A stretch of 64,000 nt of DNA. Origin: Mobula hypostoma. Its lineage: Eukaryota. Where the stretch lies: positions 111,416,001 through 111,480,000 of the forward strand of contig NC_086108.1 in assembly GCF_963921235.1 (NCBI RefSeq). The letters run 5' to 3'. Below, piece by piece: positions 24,457 to 36,606 of this stretch. The position numbers were made by a program, and so were the translations under genes. Position 1 is the stretch's first letter, and each line of letters starts with the position of its first letter. The notes below the pieces were generated by a model. The model ran no database searches. It was given only the letters and a program-made list of their open reading frames with translations, and was not told where the DNA came from.

Positions 24457-27400
24457 ATAGAACATAGGACATAGAATAGTACAGCACAGTACAGGCCCTT
24501 CGGCCCACAATGTTGTGCTGACCCTTAAACCCTGCCTCTCATAAAACCCCTCACCTTAAATTCCTCCATATACCTGTCCAGTAGTCTCTTAAACTTCACT
24601 AGTGTATCTGCCTCTACTACTGATTCAGGCAGTGCATTCCACGCACCAACCACTCTCTGAGTAAAAAACCTTCCTCTAGCATCCCCCTTGAACTTACCAC
24701 TCCTTACCTTAAAGCCATGTCCTCTTGTATTGAGCAGTGGTGCCCTGGGGAAGAGGCGCTGGCTATCCACTCTATCTATTCCTCTTAATATCTTATATAC
24801 CTCTATCATGTCTCCTCTCATCCTCCTCCTCTCCAAAGAGTAAAGCCCTAGCTCCCTTAATCTCTGATCATAATGCATACTCTCTAAACTAGGCAGCATC
24901 CTGGTAAATCTCCTCTGTACCCTTTCCAATGCTTCCACATCCTTCCTATAGTGAGGCGACCAGAACTGGACACAGTACTCCAAATGTGGCCTAACCAGAG
25001 TTTTATAGAGCTGCGTCATTACCTCGCGACTCTTAAACTCTATCCCTCAACTTATGAAAGCTAACACCCCATAAGGTTTCTCAACTACCCTATCTACCTG
25101 TGAGGCAATTTTCAGGGACCTGTGGACATGTGCCCCCAGATCCCTCTGCTCCTCCACACTACCAAGTATACTGTCATTTAGAGGACAATCCTCTACACTA
25201 TCTACAACATCACCAACATTTGTGTCGTCTGCAAACTTGCCAACCCACCCTTCTACCCCCACATCCAGGTCATTCATAAAAATCAATAAAAGGAGAGGTC
25301 CCAGAACAGACCCTTGTGGGACACCACTAGTCACAACCCTCCAATCTGAATGTACTCCCTCCACCACGACCCTCTGCCTTCTGCAGGCAAGCCAATTCTG
25401 AATCCACCTGGCCAAACTTCCCTGGATCCCATGCCTTCTTGACTTTCTGAATAAGCCTATCATGTGGAACCTTGTCAAATACCTTACTAAAATCCATGTA
25501 GATCACATCCACTGCACTACCCTCATCTATATGCCTGGTCACCTCCTCAAAGAACTCTATCAGGCTTGTTAGACACGATCTGCCCTTCACAAAGCCATGC
25601 TGACTGTCCCTGATCAGACCATGATTCTCTAAATGCCCATAGATCCTATCTCTAAGAATCTTTTCCAACAGCCTTCCCACCACAGACATAAGGCTCACTG
25701 GTCTATAATTACCCAGACTATCCCTACTACCTTTTTTGAACAAGGGGCAACATTCGCCTCCCTCCAATCCTCCAGTACCATTCCCGTGGACAACGAGGAC
25801 ATAAAGATCCTAACCAGAGGCTCAGCAATCTCTTCCCTCGCCTCATGGAGCAGCCTGGGGAACATTCTGTCAGGCCTCGGGGACTTATCCAACCTAATGT
25901 ATTTTAACAACTCCAACACCTCCTCTCCCTTAATATCAACATGCTCCAGAACATCAACCTCACTCATATTGTCCTCACCATCATCAAGTTCCCTCTCATT
26001 GGTGAATACCGAAGTATTCATTGAGGACCTCGCTCACTTCCACAGCCTCCAGGCACATCTTCCCACCTTTATCTCTAATCGATCCTACCTTCACTCCTGT
26101 CATCCTTTTTTTCTTCACATAATTGAAGAATGCCTTGGGGTTTTCCTTTACCCTACTCGCCAAGGCCTTCTCATGCCCCCTTTTTGCTCTCCTCAGTCCC
26201 TTCTTAAGCTCCTTTCTTGCTACCCTATATTACTCAATAGACCCAGCTGATCCTTGCTTCCTAAACCTCATGTATGCTGCCTTCTTCCACCTGACTAGAT
26301 TTTCCACCTCACTTGTCACCCATGGTTCCTTCACTCTACCATTCTTTATCTTCCTCACCGGGACAAATTTATCCCTAACATCCTGCAAGAGATCTCTAAA
26401 CATCGACCACATGTCCATAGTACATTTCCCCGCAAAAACATTATCCCAGTTCACACCCGCAAGTTCTAGCCTTGTAGCTCTTAATTTGCCCTCCCCCAAT
26501 TTAAAATTTTCCTGTTCTCTCTGATTCTATCCATTTCCATGATAATGCTGAAGGCCAGGGAGCGGTGGTCACTGTCCCCCAAATGCTCACCCACTGAGAG
26601 ATCTGTGACCTGACCCGGTTCATTACCTAATACTAGATCTAGTATGGCATTGCCCTGGTCGGCCTGTCCACGTACTGTGACAGGAATCCATCCTGGACAC
26701 ACTTAACAAACTCTGCCCCATCTAAACCCTTGGAACTAATCAGGTGCCAATCAATATTAAGGAAGTTAAAGTCACCCATGATAACAACCCTGTTATTTTT
26801 GCACCTTTCTAAAATCTGCCTCTCAATCTGCTCCTCTGTATTTCTGCTGCTACTAGGGGGCCTATAGAATACTCCCAATAGAGTAACTGCTCCCTTCCCG
26901 TTCCTGACTTCCACCCATACTGACTCAAAAGAGGATCCTGCTACATTACTGTAATAGTATCCCTGATCAGTAATGCCACCCCTCCTCCCCTCACCCCCCC
27001 CCAATCCCTTTTAAAGCACTGAAATCCAGGAATATTGAGAATCCATTCCTGCCCTGGTGCCAGCCAAGTCTCTGTAATGGCCACTAAATCATAATTCCAT
27101 GTATGTATCCAAGCTCTCAGTTCATCACCTTTGTTCCTGATGCTTCTTGCATTGAGGTACACGCACTTTAGCCCTTCTACCTTACTACCTTTACACTGTT
27201 TATTCTGCTTCTCTTTCCTCAAAGCCTCTCTGTATGTTAGATCTGGCTTTACTCCATGCACTTCTTTCACTGCTCTATCCCTCTGGGTCCCATCCCCCTC
27301 GCAAATCAGTTTAAACTCTCCTGAACCATGCTAGCAAACCTACCTGCAAGGATATTGCTCCCCCTCGAGTTCAGGTGCAACCCATCCAATCTGTACAAGT

Positions 27401-28222
27401 CCCACCTTCCCCAGAAGAGATCCCAATGATCTAAAAATCTAAAACCCTGCTCCCTGCACCAACTCCTCAGCCACGCATTCAACTGCCATCTCCTCCAATT
27501 CTTACCATCTCTGTCACGTAGCACTGGCAGCAATCCTGAGAATGCCACCCTTGAGTTCCAGTTCTTCAGCCTTCTGCCTAGTTACTGAAACTCACACTTC
27601 AGGACCTCATCCCCCTTCCTGCCTATGTCGTTGGTCCCAACATGTATCTCGACTTCTGGTTGCTTTCCCTCTCGTACCAGGATGTCATGCACCTGGTCAG
27701 AGACATCCCGGGCCCTGGCACCCGGGAGGCAACAAACCATGTGGGTGTCCTTCTCACGTTCACAAAATCTCCTGTCTGCTCCCCTGACTATAGAGTCTCC
27801 AATGACGACAGCTCTCCTCTTCTCCGTCCCACTCTTCTGCACCACAGGGTCAGAATCAGTGCCGGAGGCCCTGCCACCGTGGCTCACACCTGGTCGGTTC
27901 TCCCCGCCAACAGTACCCAGGACGGTAAACTTATTATTCAGGGGAATGGCTACAGGGGTGCTCTGCACTACCTGTCTGCTCACCTTCGCTTTCCCCCCTC
28001 TGACTGTCACCCAACGACCTGCTTCCAACAGCCTCGGTGTGACTACCTCCCTGTGGCTCTTATCTATGACTGCCTCATTCTCCCTTATGAGTCAGAGGTC
28101 ATCCAGCTGCTGCTCCAGATTCCTCACACGGTCTTCGATATCGCCCAGCCGTATGCACTTCTGGCAGATGTGACTCTGCGGGAGGGGGAGTTCCCCCAAG
28201 ACTGCCACATCTCACATGAGAG
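24457..28222 (-). mobile_element. Near full-length frameshifted CR1 LINE (Cys-motif/coiled-coil and esterase ORF1, APE, RT)
   Basis: Fragments 27582..28028 (VIGDSIVRG), 26941..27270, 26639..27004, 25327..25767, 25047..25478 (FADD), 24525..25019. Confidence 0.92.
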
Positions 28223-28320
28223 ACAACCCCAAGTCTGTCCAACCTCTCCTTATAGCTCCTACCCTCAAATCCTAGCAGCATCCTGGTGAACATCTTCTGC
28301 ACCCTCTCCACATCCCTCCC

Positions 28321-28603
28321 AGTGAGTGAGCGGGCCAGTGAAGGAGTGGAGCTTTGAGGCTTTGACTCCAGAGACTTCGACGAGAAGAGGCGGAGGACAA
28401 GCTAGCTCGCAGTTAATTTACACAATGTCTCCTGAGACGGTGATGTGCCTCTCATGTGAGATGTGGCAGTCTTGGGGGAACTCCCCTCTCCCGCAGAGTC
28501 ACATCTGCCAGAAGTGCATGCGGCTGGGCGATCTGGAAGACCGTGTGAGGAATCTGGAGCAGCAGCTGGATGACCTCCGACTCATAAGGGAGAATGAGGC
28601 AGT
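28321..28603 (+). mobile_element. CR1 5' UTR and ORF1 N-terminus, inverted relative to the adjacent CR1
   Basis: ORF 28326..28619 CLSCEMW...HICQKC...LEDRVRNLEQQL; reverse complement of 28069-28222. Confidence 0.85.
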
Positions 28604-28609
28604 AGCATA

Positions 28610-29103
28610 CACTCAGTAGCGAGTGTATGTTTGTGGTCTGCTCCTGCTGTAGCCCGTCCACATCAATGGTCAACATGTTATAACTACTGTTGTAATGTGG
28701 TTATTTGAGTTACTGTCACCATCCTGTCAACTTGCACCAGTCTGGCCATTCTCCCAATATCTCTCATTCTCCTCTGATCGCTCTCATTTTACCCACAAAA
28801 CTGCTGCTCACTAGATTTTTTTTTTGTTTTTCGCACCATTCTCTGGAAACTCTAGAGACTGCTGTGCGTGAAAATCCCAGGAGATCAGTAGTTTCTGAGA
28901 TACTCAAACCACCCCGTCTGGCACCAACAACCATTCCACAGTCAAAGTCACTTAGATCACATTTCTTCCCCCATTCTGAGGTTTGGCCTGAACAACAACT
29001 GAACCTCTTGACCATGTCTGCATGCTTTTATGCACTGAATTTCTGCCACATGATTGGCTGATTAGATATTTGCATTAACAAGCAATAAAGTGGCCACTGA
29101 GTG
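28610..29103 (-). mobile_element. Tc1/mariner non-autonomous remnant
   Basis: TA-flanked CACTCAGT termini (right TIR CACTCAGTGGCCACTTTATT on the minus strand); ORF 28764..29015 GKKCDLSDFDCGMVVGARRGGLSISE resembles the Tc1 transposase N-terminal HTH. Confidence 0.85.
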
Positions 29104-29161
29104 TATGTTCTGTATTCTAAATTACACCACTTGCAGGAGAATTGACAAAGCTATCTCTTAC

Positions 29162-29281
29162 CTCGATCACTTTGTGAATATAATCCTTTCTGAAGTCGAC
29201 AAAGGCGATTTCTTGATTAAATACCTTCAGGTATGCTGAAGCAAGTGGGACTTTCTCTGGCACAGATTTTAAATTGGGGAT
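29162..29281 (-). CDS. vtg: vtg exon 16 (IPNLKSVPEKVPLASAYLKVFNQEIAF...VIE)
   Basis: 120 nt, CAG/GTAAG. Confidence 0.95.
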
Positions 29282-29364
29282 CTGTTGAAAAAATGAATAC
29301 ACAACATAAGAATTCAAACGCTGACAGCAGTACTTTGAAACACAGGGACCTGTGTTATTTCAGG

Positions 29365-29890
29365 GAACATGTCCTGGGCCCAGCACGAACTGCAGCTGCA
29401 AAGAAAGCACAGCAGCGCCTCTACTTCCTTAGGAGTTTGCAAAGATTCGGCACGACATCCAAAACTGCGATGAACTTCTATATATGTGTTGTGAAGAGTA
29501 TATTGACTGGCTGCATCACAGCCTGCTATTGTCCTTGAAAGGAAAGTCGTACAAAAAGTAGTGGATATGGCCCATTCCCTCACGGGTAAAGCCCTCCTCA
29601 CCATTGAGCACATCTACACATAGCATTGGCACAGGAAAACAGCATCCATCATTAGGGAACCCTGTCGCCCAGCTCCTACTCACTTCTCCCTGACACCATC
29701 AGAAAAGAGCCACAGGAGGCTCAGGACTCACACCACCAGGTTCAGGAGCAGTCATCACCCCTCAACCATCAGGCTCTTGAACCAGAGGGGATTACGTCAC
29801 CCAACTTCACCTGTGCCATCATTGAAACATTCCCACAACTTATAGACTCACATTCACAAATTCTTCATCTTATGCTCTTAGTATTTATTG
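29365..29890 (+). mobile_element. Rex1/Babar-like LINE 3' remnant
   Basis: KKAQQRLYFLRSLQRFG...FY...SILTGCITA motif; related decayed pieces at about 6200-6540, 17020-17330, 19900-20100, 46690-46870, 56290-56520, 61320-61830, 62300-62940 and 63290-63840. Confidence 0.7.
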
Positions 29891-31204
29891 TTTTATTTAT
29901 TTATTATCATTATTTTTTTCTTTGTGCATTTGTAGTTTGTTGTTCTTTGTACTGTGGTTGAACGCCCAGATGGTGTGATTATTCATTGATTCTATTATAG
30001 ATTTATTGAATATACCTGCAAGGAAATCAACCTCAGTTGTATATGGTGACACATATGTACTTTGATAATAAATTTGCTTCAAACTTTGACTGCAGATGCT
30101 GGAACCTGGAGTAATCAGTAATATATGGGAGGAACTCAGTGGGTCAGGCAACAACTGTGGAGGGAAAAGAACTGTCAAAGTTTTGGTCCAAGACCACTTA
30201 ATTACATCTCCTAGACCTATCTCCTGCACTCTTAAATCCCAAAACCAGCTGGCACTTCTGTCTTCAGCTATTGTCCCTGTTTGTCCTCCACCCTGTGACA
30301 AACCTTGCCAAGACTCTCACCTTCAGCATCCCTTTTACTCCGCACAGTTATGGTCACCCCATTCCAGGAAGGATGTAGAGAGGGTGCAGAAGAGATTCAC
30401 CAGGATGCATCCTGTATTAGAGAGTATGAGCCATAAGGAGAGGTTTATCAAACTTGGTGTGTTTTATCTGGAGCTTCAGAGGCTTAGACAAGGAGCCCAA
30501 AACTGCTCACAATACTTCAAGCGTGGTCTGACCAATACCTTATAAAGCTTTAGCGTTACATCCTTGTTTTTAATATTCAAATTATCTCAAAATGAACGCT
30601 ACCTTTACACTTGCCTTCCTCACCACAAAGGGTTCCCAACCTGGTGTCCAGGGTTAATAGTACTGGTAATCTTTGCTTAATGGTATTGGTCCATGGCATA
30701 AAGGGATTGAGAACTCATGTTGGAAGCTTACAAAATTATTAGAGGCATAGATAAGGTAGATAAGAGTCCTTTTTCCCAGGGTGTAAATGGTGTAGGCTAG
30801 AAGACATTAACTGAAGATGACCGAGGGAAGATTTAAAGGAGCGATCTGCTGGACAGGTTTTTTTTTTAAAAAAACACAAAGAGTGGTGGGTGCCTGGAAT
30901 GTGTTGCCAGAGGTGATAGTGGAGGCAGATATGACAGAAGCATTTAAGAGCGTTTTAGATGGTCATATGAATATCGGTACAGAGGTATCTATTTAGGATG
31001 GTGGAGAAATCGGTAGCTCGGGTTGAGGTATTTAATGTTGTGGTGTTACCGAGCTTGGCATTTAGCTTGCAGATGTTTCATCACCAGTCAAAGTGACATT
31101 CTCAGTTATCGGTGTTCCTCTTCAGGCCTGCCCGCGAATTTATAGGCCCCCATTTGCTCTCTGGATTGATACTTCTCCACAAAACTCTGCCAGCTTGATC
31201 TTAC

Positions 31205-31306
31205 CTTATTTAAAATGCGTTGGATTTGCTTCATGTCGGGAATTCCCTGGACTTTCGCCCGATTTTTCATGATGGCTTCCTGGAGACCTTCCATTCGTAA
31301 GCCAGC
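31205..31306 (-). CDS. vtg: vtg exon 15 (AGLRMEGLQEAIMK...RILNK)
   Basis: 102 nt, CAG/GTAAG. Confidence 0.94.
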
Positions 31307-31987
31307 CTGGTGAGGAATAAAACAAGGAACATTTCCTCAGGGTGGGGGTATGGGGCACGAGCATTTGGAATTCATTATCTGCAGGAAGCTGTGGAGAATT
31401 GAATTGATATTGGGAATAATGGGATGGGGGATCTTGGGGACTCCAGGTAAATGGAGATCAGGCAAGAAGCCAGAAAGAACTGGCAGTTATGTCAGGGATG
31501 GCACAGTAGAGTTGTGGTTAGGATTACTGTATGTTTTACAATTGTTCAATGCCACCGCTGTCCGTGAAGAGTTTTTATGTTCTTCCCATGATCGTGTGGC
31601 TTTCCTCCTAGTGCTCTGGTTTCCTCCCACATAACAAAGACATACAGTTTAGAGTTGGTAAGTTGTGGACATGCTATGTGGCTCTGGAATTGTGGCAACA
31701 GTTGTGGGCTGGCCCCCAGCACGACCCTCGGACGGTGCTGGCCGTGGTGCATGCTTTCAGGTTTTTGTGTCTTCTGCCCAATGGGAGGGGGTGAAGAGAG
31801 AATGTCCGGGGCGGGCGGGGTCTTTGATTATGTTGGCTGACTTAGTGAAGCAGTAAGTGCATGGAGGGGAGGCTGGTTTCCGTGATGTTCTGAGCTGTGT
31901 CTACAACACTCTGTAGTTATTGCAGTCACGTGCCGAGCAGTTGCCGTATGATGCTGTGATGAACTGACCAACTGAAGGTTACATTAC

Positions 31988-32112
31988 CTCCAGAAGATCT
32001 GCAAAGGCTCCCAACGTGTATCCTGAGACTTTGGCTGCTGCTACGGATGGAATAAGGCTCCCCACATCCTTCATAAGGACAACTTTAGTAGCTGCTCCTG
32101 TCATCAGTTTAT
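31988..32112 (-). CDS. vtg: vtg exon 14 (YKLMTGAATK...GAFADLLE)
   Basis: 125 nt, TAG/GTAATG; translated by hand. Confidence 0.93.
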
Positions 32113-35100
32113 CTACATCACAAGGAGAAAGCTAATTAACCAAGTGCTACCGAGAAGCTCTCGTTAACAGGATAACAGAGATGTTAATAGAGTTAAAGAG
32201 CCCAACTTGTCCATGCCAACCAAGGCACCGTTTTTATCATCACTGGGTCTGAATTCTGGGACATCCTCCCAACAGCACCTTCACCAAACTGAATGCAGTC
32301 ATTCATCAAAATCCTCTCAAAGGAAATTGAAGTCATGGAGCTATATAGCACAAAAACAGTCCATCGTGCCCATGCTGACCAAGTGCCCACTTGATATTTT
32401 CCCATTTGCCCATTTTTGATCCATAACTTTCCAAACCTGTCCATACACCAGTCCAAATGACTTTCAAACATCATTATTTTACCTGTCTCAACTACTGTCC
32501 ATGTACACACCACCCCCGTGCGAAGAGGCTGTGACTGGTAAAATGGTGGCACGCATGGTTGCTGCAGTCTCTCCAACTCCAACCAAAGGTGTAACTGTTC
32601 ACTTAATGTCTTGTTAACAATTGCAAGACACCGTTAGATGTTAAAAGCATCAAGTACAGCAGTTCAATCCCATCAGTGAGTTTTAGATTAGATTAGGTTA
32701 TGAGGACTCGCAGTCCTCTTTTATTGTCATTTAGTAATGCATGCATTAAGAAATGATACCATGTTTCTCCAGAATGATATCACAGAAACACAGGACAATC
32801 CGACTAAAAACTGACAAAAACCACATAATTATAACATATAATTACAACAGTGCAAAGCAATACCATGATTTGATAAGAACAGACCATGGGCACAGTAAAA
32901 AGTCTCAAACTCTCTCGAAAGTCCCATCATCTCACACAGATGGTGAACCTCCAGCGCCGCCAACTTGCCGATGCAGCATCCCTGAAGTATCCGACCTCAG
33001 TCCGACTCCGAGTCTGTCCGAAAACTCCGAGCCTCCGACCAGCTCTCCGACACCGAGCACCAGCTCTGCCGAGCTCTTCAACCCCGACCCCAGCAACAGG
33101 CAATAGGCAAAGCTGAGGATTTGGGGCCTTCCCCTCCGGAGATTCTCGATCGCACAGTAGCAGCGGCAGCGAAGTGGGCATTTCAGAAGTTTCTCCAGGT
33201 GTTCCTATGTGCTTCTCACGGCTGTCTCCATCAAATCAGGATTATGCACTGCCCCTAGTTAACACAATACGATATCATTCAGAACAGCCGCGCGCGCTGC
33301 ATCACGCCGCCACCTTCTCCTCCCTCCCTGCTCGATGAACTTGTTGCGGACCACTTTGCTGCCTGTTATAGGAAGGCGTCGGAGTCAGTGTGCAGTCTAA
33401 CAAACAGTGTGAGTGATTTCCTTGGGTGGTTTTCTTATGATCTCAAGATCTTGTTGCGCGTTGGTAACGTAGTCTGGTTCACTGGTTCGTTGGCGAGACT
33501 GATGGCAGAGGCTTTGGGCGTAGCACGAAACAAGCCCTCATGTCACGGGTCACCTGTTCGAGCCATGCGGGGGGAGACACTGGAGGCAGTGTGGCTCCAT
33601 GTTCATGCCGGATTCGGACCGGCCCTTCCTGCGTTCACTCAGTGTAAAACAAGCGGGATTGCGTTTGCCTGCAGCTGCTCTAGTACGTGCTGACGGGTCT
33701 GCTGTGCGCTTATTCCATTCAACAACATCCACACACCACCACCCCACAGGACGTGACACACAGGGGCCTGCAGATCATTGTTTCTGTGTGAATGGATGTT
33801 TACGGGTCACCATCATCATTATGTGACGAGTTGTATGACATGGGCCATCATGGGCTATGACCATGACTGTGCTTGTTCTTGGCAAATTTTTCTACAGAAG
33901 TGGTTTAACATTGCCTTCTTCTGGGCCGTGTCTTTACAAGACGGGTGACCTCAGCCGTGATCAAAACTTCTCAGAGATGGTGTGCCTGGCAACAGAAATT
34001 GTGAAATCCACCACCTGCTTCCATGGCTTCACATGACTCTGATCCGGGGGCTTGACAGGTGCCCGAGGGTGGCCCGCAGGCCGGCCGAGCGCCTTACATA
34101 TCCTTTGCTAGAGACATACCTCCAACCTACCACCCAATGTTTACCAGTATTGTAATTATATGTGCTATACATGTCTCGTGCTGTGTGTGACTGTTGGCAC
34201 TGTGTTTTGTGCCTTGGCCCCAGAGTAATGCTGTTCCATTTGGCTTTACTCAGGGATGTCCATGCATGGCTGAATGACAATGGCTCAGCCCAGCTGGCCA
34301 ATGTGACCAAGATTCCCCATTTTCCCACATCGGGGCCATATCCCTCTAATGTCACTTCTCATTTCTTTATCCAGTCCTGATGCACTCTTAGCCTGAAATG
34401 ACAACTGTTTAATCTTTTCCGTGGATGAGCTTCTCCAGCGTTTTGTGTGAGTTTCTCTGGATTTCCAGCATCAGCAGATGGTCTTGTGTTTGTCCCTCTA
34501 AACCTTTCCTATCCATGAACCCGTCCAAGTGTCTCTTAAATGTTGTAAAAGTCCCTGCTTCAACCACTCCCTCTGGCAGCTGGCTCCACGCTCTCTAACG
34601 CTAGCTGCCAGGAGAGGTGATGCTGGAGGCCGTGTTGCGCAGCGTCCACGCGGGAGTCGGTGCTGTACTTCAGTGCTCACCCAGTGGCAGACAAGCTGGG
34701 TTGCATTTGTCTGCTGCAGGATTGTTCTTGCCAACAACATCCAAGGCTATATTATGTATATTTTGTGTTCTTTGTGTGAACGCATGCTTACTGCTATTTT
34801 ATATGTACTGTATGTGTCTTGTGCTGTGTGCTGTCAGTAATGCTATTGCACTTTGACCCCAGAGGAACACTGTTTTATTTGACTATATTCAAGGGTATTC
34901 ATGTATGGTTGAATAACAATTAAACAAAATTAAACTTGCCCCTCAGATCTCTTTCAAGTGTTTTTTCCTCACCTTAAGACTATCCCCTCAGGTTTTTGGT
35001 TTCATTTCCATGGGGAAAAGACTGAATGCATTCACCCTATCGATGCCCCTCATGCTTTTATATCACTCCTAGACTCCAAGGAATAAAGTCCTAGCTTGTC

Positions 35101-35407
35101 TCACTCTAAGTCAGTCCCTAGAGTCTTGACAACATCCTTGCAAACAAGAGAAAATCTACAGATGCTGGAAATCCAAGCAACACACAAAATGCTGGAGGAA
35201 CTCAGCAGGCCAGGCAGCATCTATGGAAAAAAGTACAGATGATGTTTCTGGCCAAAACCATCCTTGCAAACCTTCTTTGCACTTTTCTTCCAGTTTAATA
35301 TTGTCTTGGAACTTGGGAATTAGTCAGTACGAGTTGGGTTATAAATACTTACCCTGACAATGAACAAGACAAATAATAAATAAATGACAGACCATGACCA
35401 CACTTAC

Positions 35408-35505
35408 AGCTGAACACATCAAGATGAAAACCATGACTGAACCGTAAGCCAAACTGGTCATATCTGGCCTCCAAGAGTTTTAAAGCCATCTTGCTAGCAG
35501 CAGCC
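35408..35505 (-). CDS. vtg: vtg exon 13 (AAASKMALKLL...RFSHGFHLDVFS)
   Basis: 98 nt, CAG/GTAAGT. Confidence 0.93.
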
Positions 35506-36388
35506 CTGTCATAATGAACAGGAATTGTGTTAGGACCAAAGACCATAAAACATAGAAGCAGAATTTGGCCATTTGGCCCATTGAGTCTGCCCCCCATTCC
35601 ATCATGGCTGATTTATTGTCCTTCTAAAACCCTTCTCCCCATATTTGCTCAAGCCCTGACTAATCAAGAACTTATCAAATTCCACTTTAAATATACACAA
35701 TGACTTGGCTTTCAAAGCTGTCTGTGGCAATGAATTCTTCACCTCCTGCTGGCTAAAGAAATTCCTCCTCACCTCTGTCCTAAATGGACATCTCTCTATT
35801 CTGAGACTGTGCCCTCTAATCCTAGACTCTCCCACTGTACGAAACATGATCGCCACATCCACTCTTTCTATGTTCAATAGGTTTCATTAAGGATCCCCCC
35901 TACCCCCACCCCATTCTTCTAAACTCCAGCAAGTCTGGCCCGGAGCCTTTAAACACTTCTCATATGTTAACCCTATCATTCCTGGAATCATTCTCATAAA
36001 CCTCCTCTGGACCCTCTCCAACACCAGCACAACTTTTCTTAGGTAAGGAGCCCAAAGCTGCTCACAATGCTCCAAGTGTGGTTTGATCAATGCTTTATGA
36101 AGACCCAGCATCATAACCATACTCTTACGTATACTCGAGTCCTCTCGAAACGAATGCTAACATTGCATTTGCCTTCCTTACCACCGATTCAAGTTGCAAG
36201 TTAACCTTTAAGGACTCCTGCACGAGGACTCCCAATTCCCTTTGCGCCTGTGCTATCTTAATTCAACCCCCAGTTTAGAAAAAAGCCTGTGTCTCTATTC
36301 GTTCTACCAAAGTGCATAACCGTACACTTCCCTAGGCCAGAAGACTTATCGATAACATGCTCCCTTCCAGCTTGAGCCGTGAACTCAC

Positions 36389-36606
36389 AGGGGGTTGAGG
36401 GATGGGAGGGAACTTCTTGACAGCGATCTTAGCAGTGAGTAGGCAAAACTCGCCACCTGCAGGTTGGTCTCTTTCAGCAAGGAATTGGCGAGAATGAGCA
36501 CAGCATTCAGAGGAGGCTTGGTGGACAGGTAGACTGCACAAGCAGACATCCTTAGTTCAGGGTGACTCTGTTTGTTCATAAATACCCACAGGGTTACGGA
36601 TTGCAC
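36389..36606 (-). CDS. vtg: vtg exon 12 (VQSVTL...ELRMSAC...ETNLQVASFAYS...NPL)
   Basis: 218 nt, CAG/GTGAGT. Confidence 0.96.
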
